This document shows, in pieces, positions 37,665-48,372 of a stretch of 64,000 nt of DNA. The position numbers were made by a program, and so were the translations under genes. The notes under the pieces are model-generated. The model was not told the origin of the DNA. It made no database searches and saw only the letters and a list, made by a program, of their open reading frames with translations. Position 1 is the stretch's first letter, and the number at the start of each line of letters is the position of its first letter. The stretch comes from Marsupella aquatica (lineage: Eukaryota > Plantae > Marchantiophyta), in the NCBI GenBank assembly GCA_973895155.1, contig OZ316893.1, positions 28,220,210 to 28,284,209 of the forward strand. The letters run 5' to 3'.

Positions 37665-39969
37665 TCACGATATTCACACCTGAGCCTCCATCAACTGGTA
37701 CATATGAGAGTACACACCCATTCACTTGAACATCAATCTCAGGTGCTCCAAGGTCTTCACAGACCATCATCACATCAGCTAGGGTCCCAACCTTTGGAAG
37801 CTTCCTCCTTCTCCTTCCTACCAACATCTCCTTCAGTTGCCTCCTATACAAAGGGTTGTCTTTGATCAGCTGCCCCACTGTAGCAGTAACCAAACAATCT
37901 TTCACATCCTTCTTGATGTCATAAGAGGGTACCTTGTTGGTCTCCTTCTTCTCTTCCACCTCAGCTTCTTCCTTCAAAGCTTTAGCAACCTTCAGGTCTT
38001 TGTTGATGGCCTCTTGATGCTCCTTAGCCTCCATCTCCTCTAGTTGCCTCTTGACTTCCTCATTCACCTTGGGATAGAAGAGCTTCGGATGGTCCCTCTT
38101 GTAGTCACTATCTTCAGCTGGTGGGACTTGAACTTCTGCTCCAACTTCAACTTTGGTTGGTGACTCTACTGAGTGCTCCTTTCTTTCCTTCCTCTTCTTC
38201 CTCTCGTCTACTCTTTCCTTCTTTCTTGTGGACCTGGTAGACACCTTGTAACACACAGCTTCCTCCTCAGGTGTCTCCATTCCTGGTAGATCTGGCTGGT
38301 ACTCCCCACCAGCAACTTGTGTCACTCCATCTTTGGTCTCCTCTTGCCATTCCATACTCAATAAGTTCATTGTGGCTTCACTAGGAGCTTTGGCAACCAC
38401 TGGTTGAGGAGCTTCCACCCTTCCTACCATCATCTTGGCAGCCGATCCAATAGGACAGTTGGCTGTGGTATGACCCTCTCTTTTGCAAACAGCACAAAGA
38501 GGATAGGGAGCTCCTTGTCCTTGTCTCCTTGGTTCAGGGCAACTATTGGAATAGTGCCCTGGTTTTTGACAATTCCAGCAGATCACCAAGGTAGTTCTTG
38601 CCACTCCCCCACGTCCTTGAGGTCCCATTTGATCCACCATTCTTGGTTGAAGACCAGGCATAAGTTGAGGTGCCATGGGTGGAGCTGGTCTTCCTTGCAA
38701 AGTTCTTGGGCCTCCCAAAATCTGGTACACCATCTCTGGGGCTTCTTCATAGAAGTAGTCCACCACTTCACTTGCTTGATAAACTTCACTGGGCTCTTCA
38801 TTGACATACTGAACTTGATTCCTCCAACCTTGGCACTCCTGAGGTGTATGGCCAAAACTTTTGCACTTGACACACCATACATGGGCTCTATTCACCGGCA
38901 CCTTCCTCCTATCAGGTTGCATACCAGCAAAGTGAACTGATAGGGCCTTGAGTTGGGTGGTGATCTCACTCAAATTGTTGTCCATCACCTTCTTCTCCTT
39001 GCTTGCTGGTGTAGAGCCTTCCACCAAGTTGAAGGTTGCAGATTTGTGGTGCTTATCACCTGGCTTCTTCTTGCTGGCTCTCCTCTTCTTGTCGCTTTTT
39101 TTCTTTGTCTTCTTCTTTTTCTTTTTCATCTTCTCAGAGTCCTCTTCAAAATCAGCTTCTGATTCTGAACTAGAACTGTTCTCCTCAGATTCTGAATCAG
39201 AAGTATCTTCAACTGAACTACTTGAGTCACTTGAGCTAGAAGAAGAATCACTATGGGCAAATCGCTTCTTCTTTCTCCTACTCTTGGAACTAGAGATCTC
39301 AGCACTCCTATAAGACTGCGCTGCCTCAATGGCCTCCTCCAAAGTATTAGGGTGGGATTGCCTTACTGAGACACCCATCTTCTTGGGTAGGCTTGCCACA
39401 AGCCATGCCAACAACATGGAGTCTACTGGTCTAGGGTCAAGCTTGGTAGCTAACCTTTGAAACCTTTGCAGAAACCTCCTTACTGACTCCTTGGATCCCA
39501 TTCTGATCTCTCCCATCTTGATCAAAGCTTTCGATTCTTCTCCCACCTTCCTAAACTCCTGCAAGAAGGCTAGCTTGAAGGCATCCCAATCATTCTTGGT
39601 GGCATTTGATAGGCTGTTGAACCAAGGTCTTGCTTCTCCTCTCAAGACACCCGCCAAAGTGGTCAACTTAATATCAAACTCTCCATTGGCTTGGGCTGTC
39701 CCAATGAAGTCCTCCAACCAAGCATCAAGATCCTCCTTGGGCTTGCCATGGAATGTCTTGTATTGAAATCTTGCTCTTTGAGTCACCACCATGGCTGCCT
39801 CTTGCTCTTCACTTGTGTCGGTAGTGGAAGAGGATGTATCACTCCACCCTACACTAGGTTCGGCTTCAGCTTGCAAATGAAGGTCCTCCCAATCTGGTTG
39901 CTCCAACTGGTCACCAAAGTTGAAACTAAGATAGGCTTCTCTTAGTGCTTGACTCCTTGTAGTGGGCAT
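37447..39969 (-). CDS. gag: Gypsy-2 Gag (capsid, three CCHC knuckles) running into the protease
   Basis: MPTTRSQ start; LRGEARPWF..WDAFKLAFLQEF; CVKCKSFGHTPQEC, CWNCQKPGHYSNSC, CAVCKREGHTTANC; VPVDGGSGVN followed by a frameshift. Confidence 0.92.
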   Translation of the reverse strand: MPTTRSQALREAYLSFNFGDQLEQPDWEDLHLQAEAEPSVGWSDTSSSTTDTSEEQEAAMVVTQRARFQYKTFHGKPKEDLDAWLEDFIGTAQANGEFDIKLTTLAGVLRGEARPWFNSLSNATKNDWDAFKLAFLQEFRKVGEESKALIKMGEIRMGSKESVRRFLQRFQRLATKLDPRPVDSMLLAWLVASLPKKMGVSVRQSHPNTLEEAIEAAQSYRSAEISSSKSRRKKKRFAHSDSSSSSSDSSSSVEDTSDSESEENSSSSESEADFEEDSEKMKKKKKKTKKKSDKKRRASKKKPGDKHHKSATFNLVEGSTPASKEKKVMDNNLSEITTQLKALSVHFAGMQPDRRKVPVNRAHVWCVKCKSFGHTPQECQGWRNQVQYVNEEPSEVYQASEVVDYFYEEAPEMVYQILGGPRTLQGRPAPPMAPQLMPGLQPRMVDQMGPQGRGGVARTTLVICWNCQKPGHYSNSCPEPRRQGQGAPYPLCAVCKREGHTTANCPIGSAAKMMVGRVEAPQPVVAKAPSEATMNLLSMEWQEETKDGVTQVAGGEYQPDLPGMETPEEEAVCYKVSTRSTRKKERVDERKKRKERKEHSVESPTKVEVGAEVQVPPAEDSDYKRDHPKLFYPKVNEEVKRQLEEMEAKEHQEAINKDLKVAKALKEEAEVEEKKETNKVPSYDIKKDVKDCLVTATVGQLIKDNPLYRRQLKEMLVGRRRRKLPKVGTLADVMMVCEDLGAPEIDVQVNGCVLSYVPVDGGSGVNIVIEATAQETSANSKDNETSKWSKSATGGDSHSSTYSHWGAGVLVELLGDETSKALYLSNLDWKALVVWSPSGN

Positions 39970-40075
39970 GCCACTCACAATCACCTTCTTATCTCCCTCC
40001 TCTTGAACAACCAACCTGCAAACACACCTCCAAGTCTTGTGGCTCCACTCCCACAATAAAAATTGCAAAGAGTTG

Positions 40076-40093
40076 TCCCCGGCAGCGGCGCCA
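40076..40093 (-). promoter_or_regulatory. Primer-binding site, tRNA-Asp type
   Basis: TGGCGCCGCTGCCGGGGA on the minus strand, one mismatch from the Athila-type TGGCGCCGTTGCCGGGGA. Confidence 0.88.
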
Positions 40094-40113
40094 AAAACTA
40101 GGGTGGGACTCTA

Positions 40114-42033
40114 CGTCAAACACTTGTCAAGGAGCTTAAGCGGCTTTTCTCCCCAAAAGACTACCTAATACCTGCTCCATATCATACCAGGTCACAAAGG
40201 ATTGACAAAACTGCTGAAATGTGCTTACAATGTCTTATCACTCCATACATAAGTAGTTTCAACTCTCCACTTCTAGAGAGGTAGTCCCCTTGACTACTTT
40301 CGTATTCACACCCTTCCCTTCTCCTCTACTCCAAGGATCAGCAAGGGGGATCTTCGCTCCAAGCTGTCACCTTAGAGTAGATTCTCACACAAACACCCAA
40401 GAACCCAAAGTACTTTCCTCTTCAAGCTTAAGTCTCCTCAAGACCCTCAAAGTAGTATTATCCCTCAACCTTGCCCCCTGGCCTTGGTTTGGGTTCACAC
40501 ATCCCCTTTGAGCTCTAGAGAAGGCTCCTCTATCTAAGGACTCTTCCTCTTGTACTTACTTTTTGTTAACACGGTCACACACCAAACAAAGTACTTTCCA
40601 CCCTCAAGCTATAGTCCTCTCTAAGTCTCAAAGTAGTGCTCTACCTTAACCTTGCCTCCTTGGCCTTGATTTTGTACTAGCACATCCCTTTTGAGCTTAG
40701 ACCAGGATTACACCATAGCATGGACTCTTCTCTTGCTCCCATACACTTCAAATGCACTCACACTTAATGGTCACAATGAAGATTGACAAGTCTCCTTTTA
40801 TTGTATCACCTTTACAACAAAAGTTCACTACACATTCTCCACACTAAGCATGGACCACCTCTCCCTTCTCAAGCTTAGCCCTACCTTGGCAAGGTAGAGA
40901 TTCCACTTAAGAGATGAGACTCCCGGTCCCTAACAAATGAAAACTTCCTCTTTATATACTATTCTCCTTCCACACCACACCAAGGTAGCCCACCAAGGAC
41001 CAAGGACCAAAGTAGTCCACCAAGGACCAAAGTAGAGGACCAAGGACCAAGGACCAAGGTAGCCCACCAAAGACCAAAATGGAGAACCAAGGACCAAGGT
41101 CCAATCACCAAAGTCCTCCTAACTACCAATGTCACACTACAACAAAAGTCCAACTAACTACCACTCCCACTCAAGCTCCTTCACCTTGTGATTCCCTGGT
41201 CTATTCAACCATCTCCTAGTCGCCCTTGTGCTTGACTTATTCCTGCCTTGTGGTAGCCTCGTCGAAGCGTTTTTACACTTAGTCAGATTTCGTTATTTTG
41301 GAAAAAATATAATTCCCCGGCCCATATTGTACCCACCGCCAAAAATCACCCATAAGGCCAAAAGGACTTTTGAGTAGATCCATAGATTTTCTGGACATAG
41401 AGCTATGTCTTGGCTTACTAAGATCTAAACAAAACCCTATAACCAATTTTCTAAAATTAGGTAAAGAGGGTTAATTCTTATCTTTTCCAAAATTCTTCTC
41501 AACTTTGAGATGCTCCCAAAAAGTAACCAAAGGTAACCAAGTTCTCCCACAAGTTTCCAGGGATAGAGTGGACCATATTTAACCTAATTTGAAACTTGGA
41601 ACCCCTACCTTTTCCCATCAGCTATTTTTCCCGAGACCCGGTATTTGGTAACTTTAAGTTTTGCCAAAATACTTACAACTCCTAGGTTAAGACCCCACTT
41701 GACTTTGTGACTTATATGTGTGGTCTAGGGACTACCTAGCACCTATAGGGTGAGTCTTAGAAAAAATTATCACTCAAAAGTATCGGTCATGCCTTCTGCC
41801 CGACTTGCCGACTACCATAACTTTTTTCCGCCCTTACCAAATAACTTACTCAACTCTTGATACTTCTTAGAGAAACATGTCCTCTCCCTCAATTTATTTC
41901 CCTACTCTACTTCCTTAGTTATTAAGTTACCCTAAACCCAACTCCGCTAATCACTAAAACTATGTAATTACTACTCCTTGAAAGCAAAAAACTGACGCAT
42001 TTCCTACTCAAGCCTCCATTGAGCCATTCCACA
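40114..42033 (-). repeat. 5' LTR of Gypsy-2 (1920 bp)
   Basis: CGTCAAAC...ATTCCACA; matches 32045-33971 apart from scattered SNPs, repeat copy number and an 11-bp indel near 41570. Confidence 0.96.
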
Positions 42034-43359
42034 GGGACCCTACCACTAAGGATGAACTGATGACAGATGTGGCACATACTTTGTGTGCTCTGGAAATGCA
42101 TTTTCCAGCTTCATTTTTTGATGTCATGACACATTTGATGGTGCATATAGTGGAAGAGCTAGATATATGTGGACCTGTGTCACAACGGTGGATGTATCCA
42201 ATTGAGAGATACTTGAAAAAACTAAAGGGTTTTGTAAGAAACAGGGCACGACCAGAGGCATCTATGGCTGAAGGTTATATCCTAGAGGAGGCATTAGGAT
42301 TTCTCACATAGTATATGGTTCAGTGCAAAGTAACTCGACAGCGGGTTTGGGACTCTGAAGAAGAGGCAGGGGTTAAAGGTGTGGTCTTGGAAGGGGCCTC
42401 AAGTAAACTGTCTCTAAGTGTTGCTGATCGAGATGCTGCCCACACCTATTACCTACAGAACCATGTACAGGTTGCACCATGGCTCAGGTACATGAAATAA
42501 CTACATCATTTTGTTGCTGGCTGTCTGAGTGTTCAATAATGTAGTTCTAAATGCATTGTCACAATATGACAGTCTTTCTTTTGTGGTATCTGATATTGTT
42601 CTTTGCTTGCTTGGAAGGTTGTATGAGTCAGAAGAGGAGGAGCAAAGGATAGAAAGAGAAGCTATTCTAAGATAGCATAATGCAGAACGACGATGATGTA
42701 GACGTCAAGCAATGGCCTATCCTGCTAAATTTGCTTCCATTCCTTTTGGAGTGTGGTTCAGGGATACAATACACAAGGCTAACCTGGATGACAATGAGGA
42801 CAAGTTGTTGTTGACTGCAATTTCTTTTCCACCAAGCCAGAAGGCTTTGTCTTACATTTCAATGAAGGCTTTTGGGAACCATTACAGAGTGATGCGTTGC
42901 AAAGATAGGAATGGCAAATGGCGTGAGATGTCCACTCTTAGGGACACTGATTGTCAAGGATATGCTACATTTGATTCCGGGGTGGCCACAACTTTCCATG
43001 AGCAGACCAGGGAAGAAACCGGGGTGAATTTGGCCAAGCTTACATATGTGGGGGTTCTGACACAGATACTTGTGCTTGACTATGGACCTGTGTTACATTC
43101 TGAACCAGCCATAATCTTGAAGGCAAAGTGGGTGCGGTCTAAGTGGGGAGAGGAGAGGTCTAATCCATCAATGAAACATGATGAGACTGGCCTATGGCTT
43201 GCTAATTTTAATATGCCTTATCCCTCAGCTGAGAAATTAGATTATGTCTTGCCCAGTCAGATTGAGCAGGTTTTCTTTTACCCAAACACGGCCAGGGCCT
43301 CTTGGAGACATGTCCTCCATAAGGAAGGGAGGTCTCGACGAGTTGTTGAGGGTATTTAA
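42034..43359 (+). pseudogene. CACTA TnpD C-terminal part (DUF4218/DUF4216-like), with an intron
   Basis: LCALEMHFPASFFDVMTHLMVHIVEELDICGPVSQRWMYPIERYLKKLKGFVRNRARPEASMAEGY; YVGVLTQILVLDY..KAKWV..YVLPSQIEQVFFY. Confidence 0.92.
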
Positions 43360-43867
43360 ATGACCTTGAGTTTAATGATCTTGTGGATCGTCATGAGGTT
43401 GAGCTTGTTGCAGCAGCTAACAGACGAGTGCCCTTGGATGAAGGAGAAATTGTAGTTTTTCAGGAGATGGCAGTGTTGACAAGAAGTGATAGTGATGATG
43501 ATGATGTGTGGGAAGATGAAGAAGATTCAGATGAAGAGTGAGAATGTGCCTCTTGGGGCAGGAAGTACTGATTGCTCTTTGGTGATAGTGTTTTTTTATG
43601 TAGTTTTGAATTGAAATGCATGATCGGTCTGGGGTGAAAGGTTCTGAGAATGCCTATGAGGCACAGAGGAATAAGAACATAGCAACCAACCAAGCTATAC
43701 TTGACCGGTTCATAGGAACTGCTGCAAGAGATTTAAAGTATGTACTCTATCCCTATATAGTTTTGAATTTATGCCTTGACTTTATTACTAATGGTTCACA
43801 CTCATGACATTGCCAGGGTGATTGCAGTTTACAGGGTGAGGCAAGGGTCAAACGTCTATCTAAGTTG

Positions 43868-43954
43868 TCAAAGAAGACTGAATAGAATCTCCAGGTGCCT
43901 GCCAAGTAATCAAAGAAGACTGAATAGAACGATTACTTGGCAGGCACCTGGAGA
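43868..43954. repeat. Interleaved direct and inverted duplication (X-Y-X-Y')
   Basis: TCAAAGAAGACTGAATAGAA twice; TCTCCAGGTGCCTGCCAAGTAATC and its exact reverse complement at 43931-43954. Confidence 0.9.
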
Positions 43955-44094
43955 AAATCATGGAGAGTGACAACAGTGGGAGTGATGAGTCTGAAAAATC
44001 AGTTGAGACAAATTATGGGGCAGGTTTAAGTGATGGCTTTGAATCAGATGGTGTTGAAGAGCTACATAAGGCACTAGTAGAAAATAATGTATTT

Positions 44095-44770
44095 TATGAC
44101 GGAAACAATGACTATTAATCAGGTCTTTTTAACAAAACAATGACGCAATCGTTCTTGTCTTTCCAGACGCGTCACAACAGACATTTTGGTCACGGTCCTT
44201 TTGGACAAATGACGCTAAAAACATGTGGTCATTTCATACTATCCTAAATGACCATTTTTATGATATGGTCATAAATGCTGAACGGTCCAAAATGACTACA
44301 CAAATCACCATCGACGGTCAATTGCCGTTGACCGTCGACGGTCCCCGTACCCAATCACACAACAACACGTGGCAATAAAAAACAAATAACATTGGTCATT
44401 TTGGACTTGTCCAAAATGATGTACATTATATAACAAATCAAATAGTGACACGTGGTTCAAAGAGTATTCACCATGTGGCAATATATTTGCGTCATTTTAG
44501 ACGTGTCCAAAATGACTATGGTATAAACAAGTCATATTGAGACACGTGGTTCAATTGGGAGGAGGCACGTAAAGATACACATTAGTCATTAATGACATGT
44601 CTTGAATGACATAAAGTGAGTCATAGTGGACTTGTTTATAATGACCATGAGAACGGTCATTGAATATGTCATTCTTTGAATCATTTAGTCTATGTCTTTA
44701 ATGACCAGAGTTGAGTCATATTGGTCACAAAGATAGTTGTGGATAATGACCATTACATCAGTCATTCTAG
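44095..44770. repeat. CACTA subterminal repeats
   Basis: Many AATGAC/GTCATT motifs in both orientations, ACACGTGG motifs, and a TCGACGGTCAA...TTGACCGTCGA hairpin at ~44311-44340. Confidence 0.8.
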
Positions 44771-45133
44771 CCAGTCATTCAGGTGAAGTATTCAATGATT
44801 TGGAGAAATTCAAATTTAAGTGATCATGATAGATAAAACTTCATGTCAATCAAAAATCATACATTACAAAGCCATTCAATAGATTTGCTGAATGAAAACT
44901 TAAAGAAACATTCTATATATATCACAAATCCAATTGACATTCATACAAGATACCTTCATAAGTCTCACAGTAACTATTGAACTCAATGCAAATTTATGAA
45001 ACAAAACTACATTGACATCAATAATATTAGATTGTCAATTGTTACAACCTGACATACCAATCACTCTGCATGTTTATAGAAAAACAGAGCTCTCATTCTA
45101 TCATGTCTAGTGTTTCTTGACAGAGTGCTATTT

Positions 45134-48022
45134 CTATTGCTTCTTAAGCAATCTAGAGTTCCATAGGGCATTCATCCCTTTCACATCAGATAATTTAGAC
45201 TGGTTCTCCCCTGCATTGGCAAATGACAATGCCACATCTACAAACACTTCAATCACATGCACTCGCAAGAAAGGGCTTTCAAAATCTGCACAATGAAACT
45301 TATCTTCTCCTGGTAGCCCTGTCACCTCACCTTCTGCCACTATCATGGAATTGTCCACAACGCTCTTCATCTTCACCAAATCTCCTCTTGCAAACTGTGA
45401 ACAACACATTTTGTTAAAAATGCAATAAACAGAAATTGAAAGATAGAAGAACACTCAAATCAAACACACATTTACCTTTGCAATGGGGTTAGGAGACTGC
45501 ATTGGTTTCTTCTGTGCAGGTGATGCATTTGCTGAGGATCCTTTCTTCCTTTTCTTCTTTCCCTTTCTAGTTGATGGAGTGTCATCCTGCTCACTTGGAA
45601 TAGGAGTTTCTTTTGGCAACTCAGATGATTCTGGGGTTACATCTGGTGTCAGCTGATTTGACTTATCCTCTGGCAACTGAAAGGCATCTGAAATGGCTTC
45701 TTTGGGCAACTTAGATGGCAAAAGGTTCACTTCCAATTCAGTTTGCTTCAGAGAACTGTTAGCTGTGTCAGTTGGTCTTCCCTACGACACAGGAGGCTCC
45801 CCTAAAGATGCTGTCATAAAACACACACAAAAGAAATGCATAAACAAACATGTATACACCAGCAACATATAATCACACTAAAAACATGCAAGAACATTAT
45901 AAACATGCAATGACATATACACATCACAATAATTACATTGAATGGACAGTGTATACATGATAGAGAATTTTACCTTCATTATCACCTGAAAAAGTAAGAG
46001 ATCGCTTTCTACTACCTTGTTTGGTAGCTGTAGTCAACTTACTGTGACTAGTTACAACTGTTGGAACTTGTGCATTACTGGTGTGATGTGCCATCCACGT
46101 AGTCATCATGTTTGTCAACTCTCTCACAGTGCCTTTCAACTCAGCAACATCCAATTTCACAGCCCCAATGGCAGTGATCTCTTCTTTTGAATGTGGGGTC
46201 TGTAAATGAACCACAAACCAACACAACATTCTCACTGTCAAACTTACAAACGACACAACACTCTGTCAAATGGAGGGGTTCGTACAAATCAAATTGGTAT
46301 GACAATACTCACAGCTGATCCATGTCTGTTTCCTCGCCCCAGTAAGCTAGCACTTTTACCCTCCCCACTTGCCAATGATGGGCTCACCTTTGCTCCCACA
46401 AAACTACCAGTCTAACCTTCTGCACTTGCCAATGATGGGCTCATTGTCACCTTTGGCAATGAACCCTGACTACCATGGTTTTCTTTCAGGTCAGATATAC
46501 CTGGGCTTGATCCTCTCTTCTGCTTCTGTTCAAACACACAATGAATGAGAATCACAGAGTCTATTTTCATCAAGATTCACAAACAAGACAGAATTGATAG
46601 TGAAAATGATACAGGCCACAATTTACCATTCTCTTTGCTGCTGCAACATGCCCTCCTCTTCCAAAGTGAGAGGTATCTTGCACTCGTGCTCTTTTATCAG
46701 TCATCTGTTTACTCAAAGATATCAATGCTGGACTGGTAAAATGAGATACCAAAGCTGCCCATTTCTTTGGATCAACACCAGATGGCCCAGGTTTGGTTGG
46801 ATCCTCATTGCAAACTTTCTTCCAGTAAACATGCATTTTATGGCGCTCTCTCTTCAATATGCCACGACAATGACTCTGGAATTTGGTCTTAATAAATTCC
46901 CCACCCACATACTTCCACTCAGCTGCCATGTTATTCCACACTGTGGTTGTATGAACTTGTGGATGATCAGTCCATTTTGGCTTTGATACATCAAAGACTC
47001 TGAGTACGTTGCCACGAAGTTCCTCCAGCCAGTATTGTTTGTTGCCATCAGAATCATCAATATCATTGTCATAAATCTGCATTTCACAGACAATGTCAAT
47101 TCATAACTCTGGAATTTATGCAGAGTCCAAGTTTTATACACACAACAACAAAGAGGATCAGATTTGTCTAAATCTACATTCAAAAAAAGTACAATACTCA
47201 CTTTAATGTGTTTGGGCAAATCTCCATGATCCCTTCGTTGTTTGGCAGTATTATCAAACTGCTTCTTAGCATGCCTTCGTTCCCTGCGCATCTCAGAGGC
47301 CCCGCCTGCAATGCACACACATGCATTCAATCAAAAAATATGTACATGATTGAAAAGTTGAGCAAATGCTCTTTCATATGCATGACGAGCAGATTGTGTA
47401 TTACCTGAAGATCCTCTGGAATGTAGTACATCAGATTGACCTGATCTGCCTTCAGATGCTGATGGAACCACTAAACAAACACACAACACCAAAGCACTTC
47501 AATTAATTTCATTTCCAAGTAGAATATCAACTTCCAAACACACCTGAAAAGTAGAACAGTACAATCCACTCACTTTCATATAAGAGTCCAGTGTCTGGGT
47601 CTTTCCAACATCTCACCAGCCCACCTCCACCAGGCCCAGTCTTCTTAGGACCACGATTTTGTTTTTGTACCTACATCATGGACAACGTAAGCATATCAAC
47701 ATATAATTTGAAAAAGGGACAAGGATCCCTTCCTATTAGGATGATGAAGTTCAAGCATTACCTGTTGTTCACTCTCTGGTTCTGACCCTCCAATGTCAGA
47801 ATCCTCAGTGTCATACTCAGAAGGAGAACCATAGCCATCATCACCACACTCTGCCATGTTCACCTTGGTAACTTCTGATAGTCTAGAGCTCCTCCTCTTT
47901 GGCAATGTTTCAATTGAAGTACCTTTCACCAAAGCAGGCTTTCCTCTCTCTCGTTGTACATGTGTGGTTGGGCCTCTAAGGAACAAAGCAATCATCAACA
48001 TACACCAATGCAGATCAAACAT
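45134..48022 (-). pseudogene. Multi-exon TnpA-like gene (Transposase_24 / Ptta-En-Spm type)
   Basis: Exon 46570-47082: LKRERHKMHVYW..PGPSGVDPKKWAALVSHFTSP..SKQMTDKRARV...HFGRGGH. Exon 45134-45454 has the IVAEGEV..FH..LRVHV..V C-terminal motif. Exon structure not fully resolved. Confidence 0.75.
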
Positions 48023-48372
48023 ACATGCAAAATGAATCTACAACACCGAAACACTAGTACTTATGTACAGGATCCATACTAGTATGAGGCCAATCTGGAA
48101 TATGAAAACAGAACATGAACCTGACAACTTCATCTACTAAATCAGATTTGCAACAGACATATTAACACACACATCAGCATGCAGCCTGGCCCCAATCCTA
48201 GATCATGCATAATTTTGACATTATGCTCTATGTTCCGCTTTCGGGCCTCCTCATAAGGATTCACAGAATGTGACAACCCCTACAATCTTCCTTTCACAGG
48301 CTGCATTCACCAACTGCACAAATGGGTAAACCATTAGTCTGATTTTATATATAGTCCATACATGTAGTCCAT

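Larger units (their letters stand above)
32045..42033 (-). mobile_element. Complete Ty3/Gypsy element 'Gypsy-2' (9989 bp), no accessory ORF
   Basis: Two near-identical LTRs, TSD GGGAC (32040-32044 and 42034-42038), PBS, gag-pol and PPT; TnpD reads KVWD|PTTKDEL across it. Confidence 0.97.
15538..44071 (+). mobile_element. CACTA/En-Spm element 'CACTA-1' (scaffold of the nest; termini not in view)
   Basis: TnpD coding fragments rejoin across the insertions: 15538-15779, 23747-~24090, ~31383-32044, 42034-43359. Confidence 0.88.
44072..48372 (-). mobile_element. Second CACTA element 'CACTA-2' (one terminus visible; cut off at A3)
   Basis: CACTAGTAGAAAA terminus at 44072, subterminal repeats, then a minus-strand TnpA-like gene. 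Confidence 0.85.
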
